DNA of 64,000 nt from Octopus sinensis (lineage: Eukaryota). The stretch spans positions 64,294,001-64,358,000 of the forward strand of contig NC_042997.1 of NCBI RefSeq assembly GCF_006345805.1, in the 5' to 3' direction. Under the pieces are notes generated by a model. It did not search any database. It saw only the letters and a list, made by a program, of their open reading frames with translations, and had not been told where the DNA came from. The translations under genes were made by a program, and so were the position numbers. This document shows, in pieces, positions 34,201-48,599 of this stretch (position 1 is the first letter of the stretch; every line of letters starts with the position of its first letter).

Positions 34201-37140
34201 AAACAGAGCTTGTTGGAGAGATCGTATTATGTGAGAAGTTAGTAACTAATTAACTAACTTCTTATGTGAGAAGTTCGTACTAATTAACTAAGTAACTAAC
34301 TAACTAACTAATTGTCTAACTAACTGCTATTTTGCAATTACATATCAGATCTGATTAACAACTAAATAATATTAATAATGCAATTTAATAACATGTAAGA
34401 TAAAATTTCCTGTTTGTATCATAACGATCCGAATAAACACATAGAACATGAATATAAGATGTCTATTCTAATATATTGTACAAAAATTAGACATACTATC
34501 ACAGTAAGAAGGCAATTTAACAAACAAATAACTTGACACTTGATGTGTAGTAAAATGTTTAAGTAAAATGTTTAAATAACGATATAATGAAAAAACTATA
34601 TTTCGATATATAGGACAGATAACTATCTCTATTCTAATGAATGCAATATTTGCATTGGAAAATCACGGATGCCACAATTAGCTGAGTTTCTGTCGCTCGC
34701 AAAGGATTTCTTTTACATTTTGCTGGCCAATTCCGTCATCAGTGAATTTTTAAATTACTGTTTTACTATACCAGTTTCGACTGGTTTTATCTTAGGATGC
34801 AGATGCTAGTGGATACTTACTATTGACGAAATCCAAAGAAGCAAAACCACGTATTTAGCAACATCACTAAGTTGGATGATTTTTTTCTGTATCTGATGCA
34901 TCCCTATGTTTTTAGAATTATAGGCCTATAAGGGATGACTTCTCAAGTCTAATTCAGCAGTTGATTTGGCGTTTAATGATGCGTAGGCTTAAATTATTTA
35001 AAACAGATTGCTGCTTTTAACGAGACCTTTTAACTTGTTTTTTCCTTCCATTCTCCCTCCTACTTCGTATCTTATTATCCTTAGCATTCTATTCCCTTAT
35101 TGATACGTCCATTCCTACACTTCTTTCTCTATGTGACTGTCCCCTCTCACCCACTTCCTGCATTTCTTTCCATCCACTATTACACTTCTCTTCACCGTCT
35201 TTCCCCAAAGACATCAGCGGTCTGGCCTGTTTAATAAATTACACGTCATTCTTGGCACTTACGTTTTCTTTGTCTTGGCGTTTTTTTTCTTTTGCTTTTG
35301 TTGTTTTTCTCTCCTCTTATTTCGTCTAGGTTGTGCTGTTTTGTCTAGTTACTCTTGAATTCCTTTATTCTGTTTTTCTGCATATATTTTTTAAAGTCCT
35401 AAAGGGTCACATTTCTTTCGTTTTAGTATTAATTTCGAACATGTCCCATCTCAATTCTATATTATAGCTGAAATGTTTTATATGTAGACAAAAATCTTGG
35501 TCAGCTATTATAATTTTACTTTTTCATTTCCGCCATTGCTTTTCCGTTTATAAGTTTTCCCGTTCTTCTCATAATGCATTCTATATAACATTCGGTCAAG
35601 GGCTACATATTTTTTGTTCTTTCAATGTTGTTACTTGTTTCTGCTTGTCTTTCATAAAAGTGTGACTTTTAGTCGATAATTCATGTGATATTGAGCGTGT
35701 CCACGTCCATTATGTGTTTTCCAGTTTTCTGTATGGCCTATATGTAGACATATGTAAACACACACACACACACACACACAAACACATATGAATATATATA
35801 TATATGTTTCTACAAAATAACGGGCATGAAGAGACCCTTGGAGTCATTCACTAAAATTTATGCATATATAGTTTCCGTATGTAGGTGAAATAAGCATCAG
35901 ACTTGCTTTGACCCACACAAATTGCCGAAGCTACTCAGAAGTTTTATAAGTTCTTGTAAATACATTACAATACTAGAAACACTTCCGTATCGTCAGCAGC
36001 ATTCTCTAAAGCGTGACGCTACTTAGAATATATGCCTACGGAAGGGTTCTACTTGTGATCCATTATCCTAATCCGTATTACTTGCGTGGTTTGATGGTGC
36101 AGTGCTTTGGTGCGCCAGCGTGTCTATCCCCATAACTCACAGTCTTATAGGTGAAATAAACATCAGAGATACTTTGCCCCACACAGAAATGGAAGGAACT
36201 AAATACTCACGCAGATACTCTCCCACACACACACACACGTGTGTGCGTGTGTTCGTGTGTATTCATATATACTTATACATATATGTATATATGTTTATAT
36301 ACACATGTGTGTGTATGTATATGTGTGTGTGTGAGTTTATTTATGGATGTGTACCTATGCATTTCTTTTTATTATACCCATGACGCAGTGGATCATAAGG
36401 GCAGACGAAATTAATGTACATTATTAGAAATATTAGCAGTGACAAAAATATAAGTAAACTCTCTCGTATGACTTTCGTCTGTGAATAAATGATTGTGACG
36501 AACTAGTGTATGGATTATGCACATCTCGCAAAAAAATAACGTTCATCTACTTTGTTGTCGTCAACTGTCGGTTTAGAGCTTTGTAGAAACGATTTTATAA
36601 TTTATTCTTTATATCTCGCCTAGTGCTGACGTTTCTAATATTTAAATGTATTTCAGTCCTTGTGATTCATTCTGTATTAAATACAAAATGTATGCTTGTT
36701 AGTTAATGATTAATCGTCAATTCACAAGTACAAATTGATTTACCTACAGCTTAAAATATTCATTCTTCACGTGATTGCTGAAAAATGTATTCAACTGGTT
36801 GATAAAAGAAACCTAGAGTTAATCTACATGAAGCGCTCAACAGTTGCATGAACTGGCCTTGTGGGGACTCATAATTTCTTTTCTGAGCACCCTAAGCATA
36901 GATGGGATATGGTTATACACATCTATTTGTCGCACAGCTTGGGTTGATAATGTATCAATTTATTTCAGTCTAACGTTATGTTTGTCCATAAATTTTTGTT
37001 AGTTAACAAATGACGTGTCACCAACTCCAAAGATTTGCAATTTTAGATTTCCACCGTGTTCCTTTACTTGCACCTCTAGTAATGTTATTTACTGCATCTC
37101 CTGCTCTCTCTTTCTCCCTCTTTCTCTCTCTCTCCTTCCC

Positions 37141-38225
37141 TGTACATTGGTCAAACGGGACACCGCTTGACTGACTGGTTGGTTGAGCACCTCCGAGATA
37201 TCAGACTCGGCAATGACACCCCAGTCTCGTGCTATTTCAGCTCTACCAGTCATTCTCTACATCTATCTGTGTTCAGACAGTCTCTGCAGAGGGGTCACCT
37301 GGACTCCCGTCTTCGCCGTGAACCGGAATTAATCCTCTCTCTTTGTTCCTTTTCGCAACATGGGTTCAACTCACCTCTTCTCTTCATCTTGCACCTACCC
37401 CACACTGATTTTCACTCACCTCTACATTGAACCATCACACACTCCACATTTACATACCACCCTCTTCGGTACGCTCACCTATATACAGCACTATACACAC
37501 ACCCAAACACATTGTTCAACTTATCACTCATGTCACACACCATTACACACACACTTACAACGCCTTCCCACTTCACAGTACTAGGAGTAGCCAACATACC
37601 ACCATTAACACACCCTACATGCATTCTTCAATAGCGTCACCACACATACCATTATATAAGGAGCCATACACTTTAAATCAGTACACACATACCACACACC
37701 ATCATGTACACTTACACACAAGCACATAATAGCTGAACACAGACAATATATACACCCACACCTACACATAATACCTGAACACAGTCAATATACACACACA
37801 CTCGCAACAGGCATGAGCACACATAGACAAAGATAACTTTCGCCCAGACATATACACTATATATATGGTTACTGTTTGGCTAAAGAAACACGCGCATTTA
37901 CTGCTACACATCTACTACTTCACAGCTACTGCTACAAACAAAACAGACATCAAACTCACTCGCCCCAATTCACACATACATACATACGCTTGCGCACCTC
38001 AGTTCGTTGGGATCACCATTATTATCGCCCTTCTAGTCTACCTCTTTTTACCAACCATCCTCCACGTTGGGCCGCTGAAACCTACACGTTTTTCTCTTCT
38101 CCCTATTTCCTCCTAATCTTTCCTGTCGGATAGCGTAGGTCCTAAACGTGAAGGATTTTTCCATTTTCCCGGGCGTAAAATTTGTGTTATTCCTATACTT
38201 CTATTCGTCTTTTGTTTTTCTATAA
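37141..38225 (+). mobile_element. Penelope-like element 3' end, same family as 12240-13560
   Basis: YIGQTGHRLTDWLVEHLRDIRLGNDTPVSCYFSSTSHS...RREPELILSL, a CA-rich UTR, and a decayed hammerhead at 38116-38156. Confidence 0.8.
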
Positions 38226-38231
38226 ATTTGA

Positions 38232-38233
38232 TC

Positions 38234-38267
<34 letters not shown>

Positions 38268-38638
38268 AACGGCAATTTGTCTGTGTGTGTTTCTGTGTGT
38301 CTGTTTGATTGTACCCTCACCCTGACCACGGCTTTCAACCGATTCTGATGAAACTTGACACACACATAGCCCAATGTCATAATTCAAAACTAACGCAGCG
38401 AAAATTTTGAAAAGTTCCCCCAGTTCTGAAAAAAATCGATAAATTCGACATGGGGTCCAGAATCAGAAACCCAAACCACAGACTGTCTAGGGGATGCAAC
38501 TCGACCTTTTTTAACTCTCAAAAAAAATTTACCATCATTTTTTTTCCATTTATTTTCTATTTTTTGGCTATAACTCTCTAAAAATGCTTTATAGTTATTT
38601 CCCTTACAAACCTGAGCAACGCCGGGCGATACTGCTAG
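38232..38638 (+). mobile_element. Non-autonomous Helitron
   Basis: A|TC 5' end, subterminal hairpin CCTGAGCAACGCCGGG (38611-38626), CTAG|T 3' end, no TSD. Confidence 0.75.
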
Positions 38639-38674
<36 letters not shown>

Positions 38675-38728
38675 CGTGTGTGTGTGTGCAGGTGTGTGCG
38701 TATGTGTGTGTATACATAATTATATATA

Positions 38729-38759
<31 letters not shown>

Positions 38760-39150
38760 CACCTTGACCGACCAGTCCATCAGGCGTCCATTTGACACCG
38801 CTGGTCACAGCACTCTGTCCACTCCTCTCTGGGTCGCGCCTTTCTCAACCACGTGATCCCAATCGTCATCCTGAAATCGTAACTCCACCATCGTGGAAGC
38901 CTTCCGGGTGGTTGTTTCCGCTCGCGCGGGTACCACTCGGCAACTGCGCGGGTCCATCGATTATCGGTGAGCCGGGCGACGTGGCCAGCCCATCTATACT
39001 TGCTGCGTGTACACTCTACGATAACATCTCTCACGCCGGACTTCTTTCTGATGATCTCGCTACTGATGTGCTTTCTCAATGAGATACCAAGCATTGGCCT
39101 TTCCATGACTCTTTGAGCCGTTACCAGTTTCTGTTCTTCTCTCTTTGTGG
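38760..39150 (-). mobile_element. RTE-clade LINE 3' end
   Basis: YGSETWATTKREEQKLVTAQRVMERPMLGISLR...IRKKSGVRDVI...KYRWAGHVARLTDNRWTRAVAEWYPRERK. Confidence 0.9.
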
Positions 39151-39167
39151 TAGCCCATGTTTCACTA

Positions 39168-39211
<44 letters not shown>

Positions 39212-39214
39212 TAT

Positions 39215-39478
39215 ATGAGGAGATTCTTTTCGGCCAGGAATGACCATGGGATTGTACCCCCCGAGGCACAGTCGCCCATGCCTACGGGCCACCCCTCTCC
39301 ACGCACCAGATGTTATCGAAGGGAAAGGCGAAGTCCTATACAGCTTGGAACCAGTAATGTCGCAACTCATTTCTACAACTGAGTTAAGTGGAGCACATTA
39401 CCCAGCCCTGTCCTGGAATCCAACTCAGAACCTCACGATCGTAAGTTCGACGCTCTAACCACTGAGCCATGCGTCTTT
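39215..39478 (-). mobile_element. tRNA-headed SINE (third family)
   Basis: The minus strand begins GCATGGCTCAGTGGTTAGAGCGTC (A-box), followed by GAGTTGGATTCC (B-box-like). Confidence 0.75.
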
Positions 39479-39614
39479 GCTACATATATATACGTGTGTG
39501 TGTGTGTGTGTGTATGTGTATATATATTTTATATATACTATATATATATATAAATATATGTATTTACATATGTATACACACACACACGCACATATATATA
39601 TATATACATGTATA

Positions 39615-39970
39615 GGCGCAAGAGGGCCTGTGTGGTAAGTAGCTTGCTTACCAACCACATACTTCCGAGCTCAGTCCTACTGCGTGCCACCTTGGGCAAG
39701 TGTCTTCTGCTATAAGCTCGGGCTGAGAAAAGCCTTGTGAGTATGACGGAAACTGAAAGAAGACCGTCTTATATATATATATGTTTGTGTGTTTGTGTTT
39801 GTCCCCCACTACCACCACCATCGTTTGACACCCGATGTTGGTATGGTTATGTCCCCGTAACGTAGCTGCTCGGCCAATAATCACCGATAGGTTGAGAACT
39901 AGGCTTACAAAGAATAAGTCCTGGGATCGATTTGTTCGACTAAAGCGATGCTCCTGGACTGAAACAAATA
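39615..39970 (+). mobile_element. SINE family B, near full length
   Basis: Colinear with 49840-50260, including the internal (TA)/(TG) tract. Confidence 0.85.
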
Positions 39971-40619
39971 AAATAATACATATATATTATTTAATTATGT
40001 GCAAATATATGCTTTAAACTATTTTATGAATTTGTTAACTTTATTTCCGTGGGTGTTAAGTAGTGAATAGTCTACCTAGATAATTTTGAGGATTAAGATC
40101 ATGCATTTGAAAGTATTGAATATGGGTATTCGTAAATATATATATGAATATTAACATGCATAATATCACTATTTCTACGTAATTGACTGTACAATGACAT
40201 GCACGATGGCGTATACTCACATGTGTAATTGTGCATCTTTATATGAAATATATATCCTCATGTGGAACCAATCGCAATACGTTTTACTTTCATCGTCCTG
40301 TGATCTATTTATTCGACTAAAAAGTCTTATGCGTTTAATTTAGATTTCAGAGAAATATATCTTTTATGTAACAAATCCTAGCGCTTTCTTTAAAATTATA
40401 TACAATCACGTAGTTTCTAACCTACATTTTTCTTTTATTCATTTCGTTCAAAACTTATGATAATTTATATTACACAAAACTTACCTAAGGAAATAAAATG
40501 AAAGAAACAAATAATATACCATATCTCAAGTAGCAGTGTGCAAATAAGAAACACTTCAAGAATCGATTTCACTGTTAAGACCTTTAAGGGGGGAAAAACT
40601 GAATGGAAATCTCTCTTAC

Positions 40620-40624
40620 TCTCT

Positions 40625-40690
<66 letters not shown>

Positions 40691-40694
40691 ATAT

Positions 40695-40725
<31 letters not shown>

Positions 40726-40774
40726 TAGAGAGATAGAGAGAGATAGATAGATAGATAGATATAGATAGATAGAT

Positions 40775-40840
<66 letters not shown>

Positions 40841-40865
40841 TGATAGATAGATTGATAGATTGATC
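40620..40865. repeat. (CT)n-(TA)n-(GA)n-(GATA)n compound microsatellite
   Basis: Directly visible. Confidence 0.97.
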
Positions 40866-41241
40866 TATTGTCCCATCAAATGTCGAGTATCAAATCAAGT
40901 AATTATTTCAAAGATCTTTAGGCCTGGAGTAGAAGGCATGAAGGAAATTGATTGTAAAGAGTCAGTTGAATGAGTGCAGATTTGTATGTTATAACAATGC
41001 ATTTGATTTCACTTATAAGCGAGTACGATATAAAAATAAAAGAATTCGCATTTAATTGCGATATAGCATAACTACATCAATATGCCGATTATCTGATACA
41101 AAAGTACTTCACTATATTTTGATTGTATATGATATATTCTTAAAATGTTACGTAATGCACTAGGATCGCGAAACTCCTTATAGACAATTGCATATAGATA
41201 TATGGAAAATAAAACTGGTAGATTTCTGTAATTTTATACAT

Positions 41242-41284
<43 letters not shown>

Positions 41285-41384
41285 CATACACAAAATGTAT
41301 GCCACGTGTTTTGTATATGACTGATCATCTCTGTCTCTCTTTTTCTCTTTCTCCCTCTCACTATATATATAAATGTGTGTGTGT

Positions 41385-41580
<196 letters not shown>

Positions 41581-42280
41581 CCTCTGTGCGTACATGAGCA
41601 GTTTTTATGGTTTTATTATATATGTGTCCGTGTTCATATGTACCTTTGTCGTATGTAATTGCATGCGTAATGGAGTTTTTAACGTGTCAGTTACGGTTGC
41701 TGAAATTTGTCAGTAATTAGTAGATATAAATTTTTGGCTAGCTTTTAGTAACGATATTACATTAATATTTCAATGTTCTTTTAAGGTCTGGTGACTTTAC
41801 TGATTTCTTATTGGTTTTCGATATATATCTCTGCGCCGAACAGCAAAGAGAATTGGTGTATATCATTTTCCTTAATTTGATTTTAATAAGCTCTAAATTC
41901 TACATTGTCATTATTCAAATTGAGAAAAAAGCTATTTAAATTCCTTTCAAACAACTAAAATCCTTACGCATCATATCCAATTTGTTATTCCATCCGTAGT
42001 AAAAATTACATCAGTAGCTGCAAGGTATTTTTAAAGAAATTTTCTTTGTATTGGAAATTTTATTTAATCTAGTGTAGATAATTAATACAGGAACAATAAT
42101 TTAATATACTATATAATGTTTATAACTATTCATATGTTGTAATAGCCCACAAAGTGAATAGTTAGGAATTTGATGAGCAATTACAATATTTAATCCCTGA
42201 TACTTGTGTACTTACTTAAGTCTTGTTATTTGCGTTGAAACGAAATTTTTGAATAAGATTCATTCTGACTGGGAATTAGT

Positions 42281-42420
42281 GTCGCTAGGTGAGGCTCGCT
42301 GTATGAGTGTATTGATGATTGCGTTCATCTCTGATACGTTTTAATGTGTACGGGAATTTGTGTGTGTTTGAGAGATTTAACTATATTGGTCCGCTCTCGC
42401 ACGCGATTGGCGCCATTCGA
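42281..42420. promoter_or_regulatory. Promoter-like patch: tandem CCAAT boxes and CpG enrichment
   Basis: ATTGG at 42385-42389 and 42406-42410, CGCCATT (YY1-like) at 42411-42417, and 11 CpG in 140 bp against a CpG-poor background. Confidence 0.35.
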
Positions 42421-42828
42421 TTAACTGGACGAAAAAAGTGTGAATACTTTAGTAATTACGAGATTTTGTTGCAGGTCTGTCAACTACCAAGGTTTTTGAT
42501 TGAAAATTTAGCGCCATAATATATTAATGTTTGTCGGAATATGCCTCTTCAAATTTAGTTGGCTTTCAAGTATTATCTGTCATTAACTATTGAGGGTTGA
42601 CGGCAGCTCTTAGTTTTGATTAGCTTCTTCTGAATAATTTCACTTTGCATTCCAAAAATCATTTTTTTTTCTGCAAATATTTTCCAGTGTCATCCACTGC
42701 GTCACACGTATGAATGAAGGAATTTTGTTGTGCCGAACGAAGCCTTATTTATATATCATTAATATGACATCTACATACGGAGATACAGTTTATATATTAG
42801 CCCTTCCAACATAAAACACACATTGTTT

Positions 42829-43060
42829 GACTGTGGCTATGCTGGAGCACCGCCTTAAATTATAGCTTTAGTCATAGTACTTATTGTAACGGTTCTTTTG
42901 CCGAACAGGGAAGTTACGGGGACGTAACCACTTCAAACTTGCTTGTCAAGCGATGGTGGAGGGACAACCCCAGACAGAAAGACACACCCACTCACAAGGC
43001 TTTGGTCGGCCAGATGCTATAGTAGAAGACACTTGGCCAAGGTGTCATGTACCGGAAACA
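42829..43060 (-). mobile_element. SINE family B copy (diverged)
   Basis: Reverse complement of the family B body (GCTGGAGCACCGCC, CTTTTGCCGAAC, ACTCACAAGGCTTTGGTCGGCC, AGAAGACACTT). Confidence 0.8.
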
Positions 43061-44354
43061 CGATGCCAGCAATATAAAGGCAACAACAACTGGATATAAG
43101 ATCATTACACCGAACAAAACACTTTTCCTTTTCAAAAGTGGCGTAATACTACTCCAGAAATTCTTCGCTCCCCTCCTCCAAAGAAAATATACACAGATAA
43201 TGTAATATACTCAGTATATGTTTGTAAACACATAATGGTGGTTATTTTTTTCATTTGAATAGATAATGCAAATTGAGAAACAGGATTTTGTAGTATAGAT
43301 TTCAAATATTACTCTTATATTTAGTACATTAATAAAGTTTATCTCAACAGGTTAATCGGTAACACTTATGATTTATTCAGGAAATATATTTTTACATTAA
43401 ATGTAAATTTAATGAAGACAGTAATTATACTAAAGAGAATGATATTTCGGACATATATTTCTCAAAACTAGTTTCTTAAGATAAATATATTTGAAGTGCT
43501 ACAAACCGAATTTATTCATCTATAAATATCTATAAAGTAAATAGATCAATAAAATGATTCACCTATGTTCTTAATAAAGGTTATTAACTTAGATCTCTCT
43601 ACAATCCGTCACACACAAACATAATTACAAACATCCATATACACATAGCCACACTCATACATACGCACTCACATATATATTCATATACATATATGTTTTT
43701 ATATTTATTTACATATGTGTGTGTAAATGGATAGATGCATGCATACATTCATATACATTATATATAGGCTGATGAATTTAGATATATGTATGTATACGCA
43801 CTTTTGTGGCTTGCTCACAAAAACAATTCCACTCATCTATTATAGATCATTTAGTGAAATGTTTTCATATATGTGAGTTTCTTTGTAAGAAATACTTTTT
43901 GACTCTGCTTCCATGCCCTTTTTTTAAAATTCAGTTTTGGTTTATATACATATCTCGAATATATATTCATTCATCTCATAATCGTTATTTTTTTCTCGTA
44001 GGAAAGCAGCAAACTGACTGAAGTATTATCGTGTCGGTGGAAATATTAAATGGCATTTCTTCCCACGTCATTTCAAAATTAGCTATGTCCTACATTACCT
44101 TCAGAAATCGATACAATTAAGTACCAGGCATACAGGTGGAGTGCTGCAATTGACTTATTCCTCCTCTAAAACCACTGGATTTGTGCGCAAATTTCGAAAT
44201 TTCGGTATATATTTATATATATAATTTTATGTGTAGGGTATGGTTATAGAATATGTATATTAACATGCAATTTGTTGGAAGTGGCGTGGAATTAGATGTA
44301 CAGAACAGTTTTAAAATTAGAAAAATCCCTTAATATATTACGAATCCCTAAATC

Positions 44355-44530
44355 GGTGAGCATCAGAAACGCTAGCAATCCGGGCAAAATGATCAATGGC
44401 ATTTAATCCATTCTGAGTCCCACCGAGGTCGACTTTGCCTTTCATAATTTTGGAGTCGATAAAATAAGTACCAGTTGAATATGGGAGTCGACGTACTTGA
44501 CTTTGCCTCTCCCTTGAAATTGCTGTTATT
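44355..44530 (+). mobile_element. SINE family A fragments
   Basis: CGGTGAGC...CCGGGCAAAATG...CCGAGGTCGACTTTGCCTTTCAT...GTCGATAAAATAAGTACCAGTTGA. Confidence 0.8.
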
Positions 44531-45124
44531 GTATCGATACTTGAAACTAATATTACAAATTCCTATTCTGAATTCATTGCTCGTTAGTCTTTGCGAACTC
44601 AATCCCGTATACATAATAACAGACATGAGCCACGACATCATATTTTTTACTCCAATTAATTGTCTTAAAAATACGTGTATATCATGAACGTACATGGATT
44701 ACATTGTTATAACTATTTTAGAAGTATCTAAGTTGTGTCGTTTGCTTCTCGCAATGCATTAGAAAATGTCTGGTGACGTCTCAGACTCATCGCCTTTCAT
44801 GTGACAAAATGTTTGTTGTTGACTTTAAAAGAAATTGCTTTTTAAAAATGTGATATAGAATTACTGGCACTGCGGGGCTTTTTGAAGAGAGCTAGACAGC
44901 TACCTCATTATGAAGCCATGTTTATATCAAACACCATATTGATTAGTTTGTGTCTTGTTTTCTTATGACTATCTACGTTAATTCGTTCTTTGAAGTAGTT
45001 TAAAAATTTTTTTATGATAACTATGTTTTAACATGTTGGTATATTCTCGGACTTGAGTTGCGCGCGTGTATTCGCTCCCTTGTAATCTCAAATAGTAGAG
45101 AGATATTCTGTATATGTGCTATCT

Positions 45125-45290
45125 TGAAAGAAACGTCGATAGACACAACAGGTTAGCTTGGAGGTTGAGGAGTTGTGGTCGCTGAAAACAGTGGTAGTAG
45201 TACCAATAATTGTCGTAGCTCTGGGAATAGTGAGTACAACTCTTGAGAAGTACATGGAACAAATATGGGCTGCATTAACGGTGGAGCATA
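45125..45290 (+). mobile_element. R4/Dong LINE 3' fragment, cut by the inverted-repeat arm
   Basis: EVEELWSLKTVVVVPIIVVALGIVSTTLEKYMEQI. Confidence 0.8.
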
Positions 45291-45629
45291 AAAACAATAA
45301 CGATTATGAGATGAATGAATATATATTGAGATATGTATATAAACCAAAACTGAATTCAAAACTAAGGGCATGGAAGCAGAGTCAAAAAGTATTTCTTACA
45401 AAGAAACTCACATATAGGAAAACATTTCACTAAATGATCTATAATAGATGAGTGGAATTGTTTTTGTGAGCAAGCCACAAAAGTGAGTATACATACATAT
45501 ATCTAAATTCAATATAAAGAGTGTTACTTTAGTTTACTGGTAGTGAACATCTGCCACTGTAGTACATCTCCAGCGTTAGAATCTGTGCAAAGACAATAAA
45601 TAATAATAGTGTCCTTTCTATTGCAAACA

Positions 45630-45785
45630 CAATGCCTGAACATTGGAGGTGGAGGTTAGTCGATTACCTCGACCCAAGTACTCAACTGGTACTTAATTTA
45701 ATGACTCCAGAACGTTGTGATAGACTGGACGAAATACAGCTAAGTATTTCGCCCAGTGTACTAACGATTTTGCCAGCTTGCAGTC
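45630..45785 (-). mobile_element. SINE family A copy
   Basis: Reverse complement of GCTGGCAAAATCGTTAG...GGGCGAAAT-CTTAGC...AAGTACCAGTTGAGTACT-GGGTCGA-GTAATCGACT. Confidence 0.75.
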
Positions 45786-45796
45786 TCTTAATAATG

Positions 45797-45853
<57 letters not shown>

Positions 45854-46284
45854 TTCTCAGTGCATATTTATATGTATATATATATATATATATATACGTA
45901 CAAACACACACACACACACTCACACACACAGACACATATAATTGTATTTCTTTATATGCTTGTAAATGTGGATTTATTATAGTGTGCATTCATATTAAAT
46001 TGGAGTGCAACCAAAATCTTTAATTAATAATCTATTCTTAATCAATACTATCATTACTTCAGATATAAACAGCTATACACTCGTAGGTCGGACTATTTAT
46101 ATCATAGGATAGATTCAATATCCAAAAGTTGATTTCCCGAAAATTACTTTAACTAATGTAATACTGAAATAAATGTAGTCGTGAATAGACCTTTTTGCCA
46201 ATCCCCCATCAATAGTCAAAATGTACAATGTTCTTCTATGAATATCTGTGTGTGTATGTCTGAGTTCGTTCACGTATATAGATA

Positions 46285-46331
<47 letters not shown>

Positions 46332-47100
46332 TATATATATAGATAGATATATAGATAGATATAGATAGATACATACATACATACGTACATTGAAAGATAC
46401 TGATATATACTAATATATATATATATATACACCGATTTATTAAAGCCGAAACCATCTTCACGATCTGTCACTGCGATTTTTACGTGAGCGTTTTAATGAC
46501 AGTTGCAATAATGTTAAATAACCAGTATCATCGTATTTGTGTACTATTTTTACCTCCTTCTGTTGCATTTATGCGCTTACTCCGAACACTACTTATAGAT
46601 AAGACTCATGGTTAAGTCATTCTTAGGTATGCCTACATGGAACTCTTACTACAGAAAACTAATGATTTCACCAGTCGGATGAGGTGAAGAGCCCTACATT
46701 AAGCAAACGTAAAATCGCTCCTTGAAGATGGAGGCTAGTATTATTCAATGGCGGAATCAATTTGCCATGACTTTTTGAACCACGAAACCCCCAGAGACAG
46801 GTTTATGACTTTTAAAACTTTTACACAACGACTTTAGTTCTTAATATCGTTTCTATTCTGTGAGCGTCCGGTCTTTTTATATGTAAACATATGTACATGT
46901 TATGTATTAAATGTATTTAATATTTTTTTAAATTTTGACGTACCTAACTTTATCCTTACATTTACTCCTCGTGTATATATATATATATATATATATACGT
47001 TTATATATATACAAACGTAAGCACATAAATCGAAACAAGGTGGAAAAATAGTAACCAAATACCAGAGGTAGAGTCATAGGCTTTATTAAAAAGCAGCACA

Positions 47101-47135
47101 AATATCAGAGTCTCGCGTTCCCGTTCATCGGACAG
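47101..47135 (-). ncRNA. Hammerhead motif (U4C family), decayed
   Basis: Reverse complement reads CTGT CCGATGA ACG-GGAA-CGC GAGA CTC-T-GA TA. Confidence 0.5.
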
Positions 47136-47928
47136 TTGTATTTAGAATACAGCAAGATATTATATTATAGTCTTGTTTCATTGGTCCTTTCCACTAAAGG
47201 TATTTCCAATAACCGGTTGCATGAAATAACAAATTGCGGTTTAAAATCCTATTACTATAAAAATCGAAAATCTTCAATCAAAAATAGCTTGAAAAGGAAG
47301 AAAAACCAGGGTAAATAATTAGTTGTAAAAATAATAATAAATTAATAACTTAAAAGACATATCAGTTTAAAATTTTCTTCACGCTACATTACTTATAAAT
47401 TTAGCAATAGCACATACCAAACAGTATATAATATACGGATATACACTAAACATACAGACGTAGGTACATGGATACACACATGTACAGACATATATAGGCA
47501 AATCATAACTATATATAAATGCATATATCTGTAAACACGCACAAACACGCATATGTACAAAATATCCTGGTGTATGCTTACACAGGTTAGTTGTTACAGG
47601 CAAAAGAAAGGAAAGCTAAAACAATCATAGAATAACAAGTGGCGGTGGGAGGTAAAATCGGTGAAGAAGAAAAGAAATACAAGAAAAAGAAACAGACGAT
47701 TAGAGAGAGAAGGGGAAAATAGCCAGAGGTAGAGAGTGAAATGATAGCGTTCCAATAAGTATCTAACGAACGTTAGATACTTCGTTGTGTTTGCGAAACG
47801 AAGACATAAAAAACTCACACATCAAATTACATGTACATCTACATAAATACAAGCATACATACAAATATACACACATATAGAAATGCACACATATATACAA
47901 CTAAATATATACGCAAATGCATGCCCGC

Positions 47929-47962
<34 letters not shown>

Positions 47963-48409
47963 TTATACATACACATCTATATATGTATTGGACATTTTTA
48001 TTTAGAATACAGGAAGATAATCTTATATGCAGAAATACAATTGCTTTTGATAGATACACATTTGAAAATGGGTTTGTTTCAATGGTTCTTTCAACTAACG
48101 GTATTTTCAATAACCGGTTGTATGAAATAACAAATTGCGGTCTAAAATCATATTAATATAAAAATCGAAGAATATCCTTCAATCTAAAATAGCTTAGGAA
48201 GAAACCAAAAAAGCCTATATACCTAAATATTTAGCTGAAAAATCATAATAAATTAATAAACTAAAAGATATAAATACAAGCATGCATACACCTACATATA
48301 GACACTCAAACACTATGCAAATATTTACGTACGCAAATACATGTCCAAATATATAAATATATATACACTTATACATACACACCCACGTATATATAGATAT
48401 AAATATATG

Positions 48410-48465
<56 letters not shown>

Positions 48466-48599
48466 ATGCATATACACATATACACATACATATACATACA
48501 TACACGTACACACATACCTACAATACATACATACACATTAATATATAGAGACATATCTTCACATCATGATAAATATATACATTATAACGTATATAAGCA

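Larger units (their letters stand above)
43773..45511. repeat. Long inverted repeat (~220-bp arms, ~1.3-kb spacer)
   Basis: 43773-43994 is the reverse complement of 45291-45511, with about 8 differences. Confidence 0.9.

Noticed and set aside
34790-34850. EF-hand-like DADASGYL micro-exon
   Set aside because: It lacks the loop position-12 Glu and the donor is weak.
39440-39478. tRNA gene
   Set aside because: It is the tRNA-derived head of a SINE, with no complete cloverleaf.
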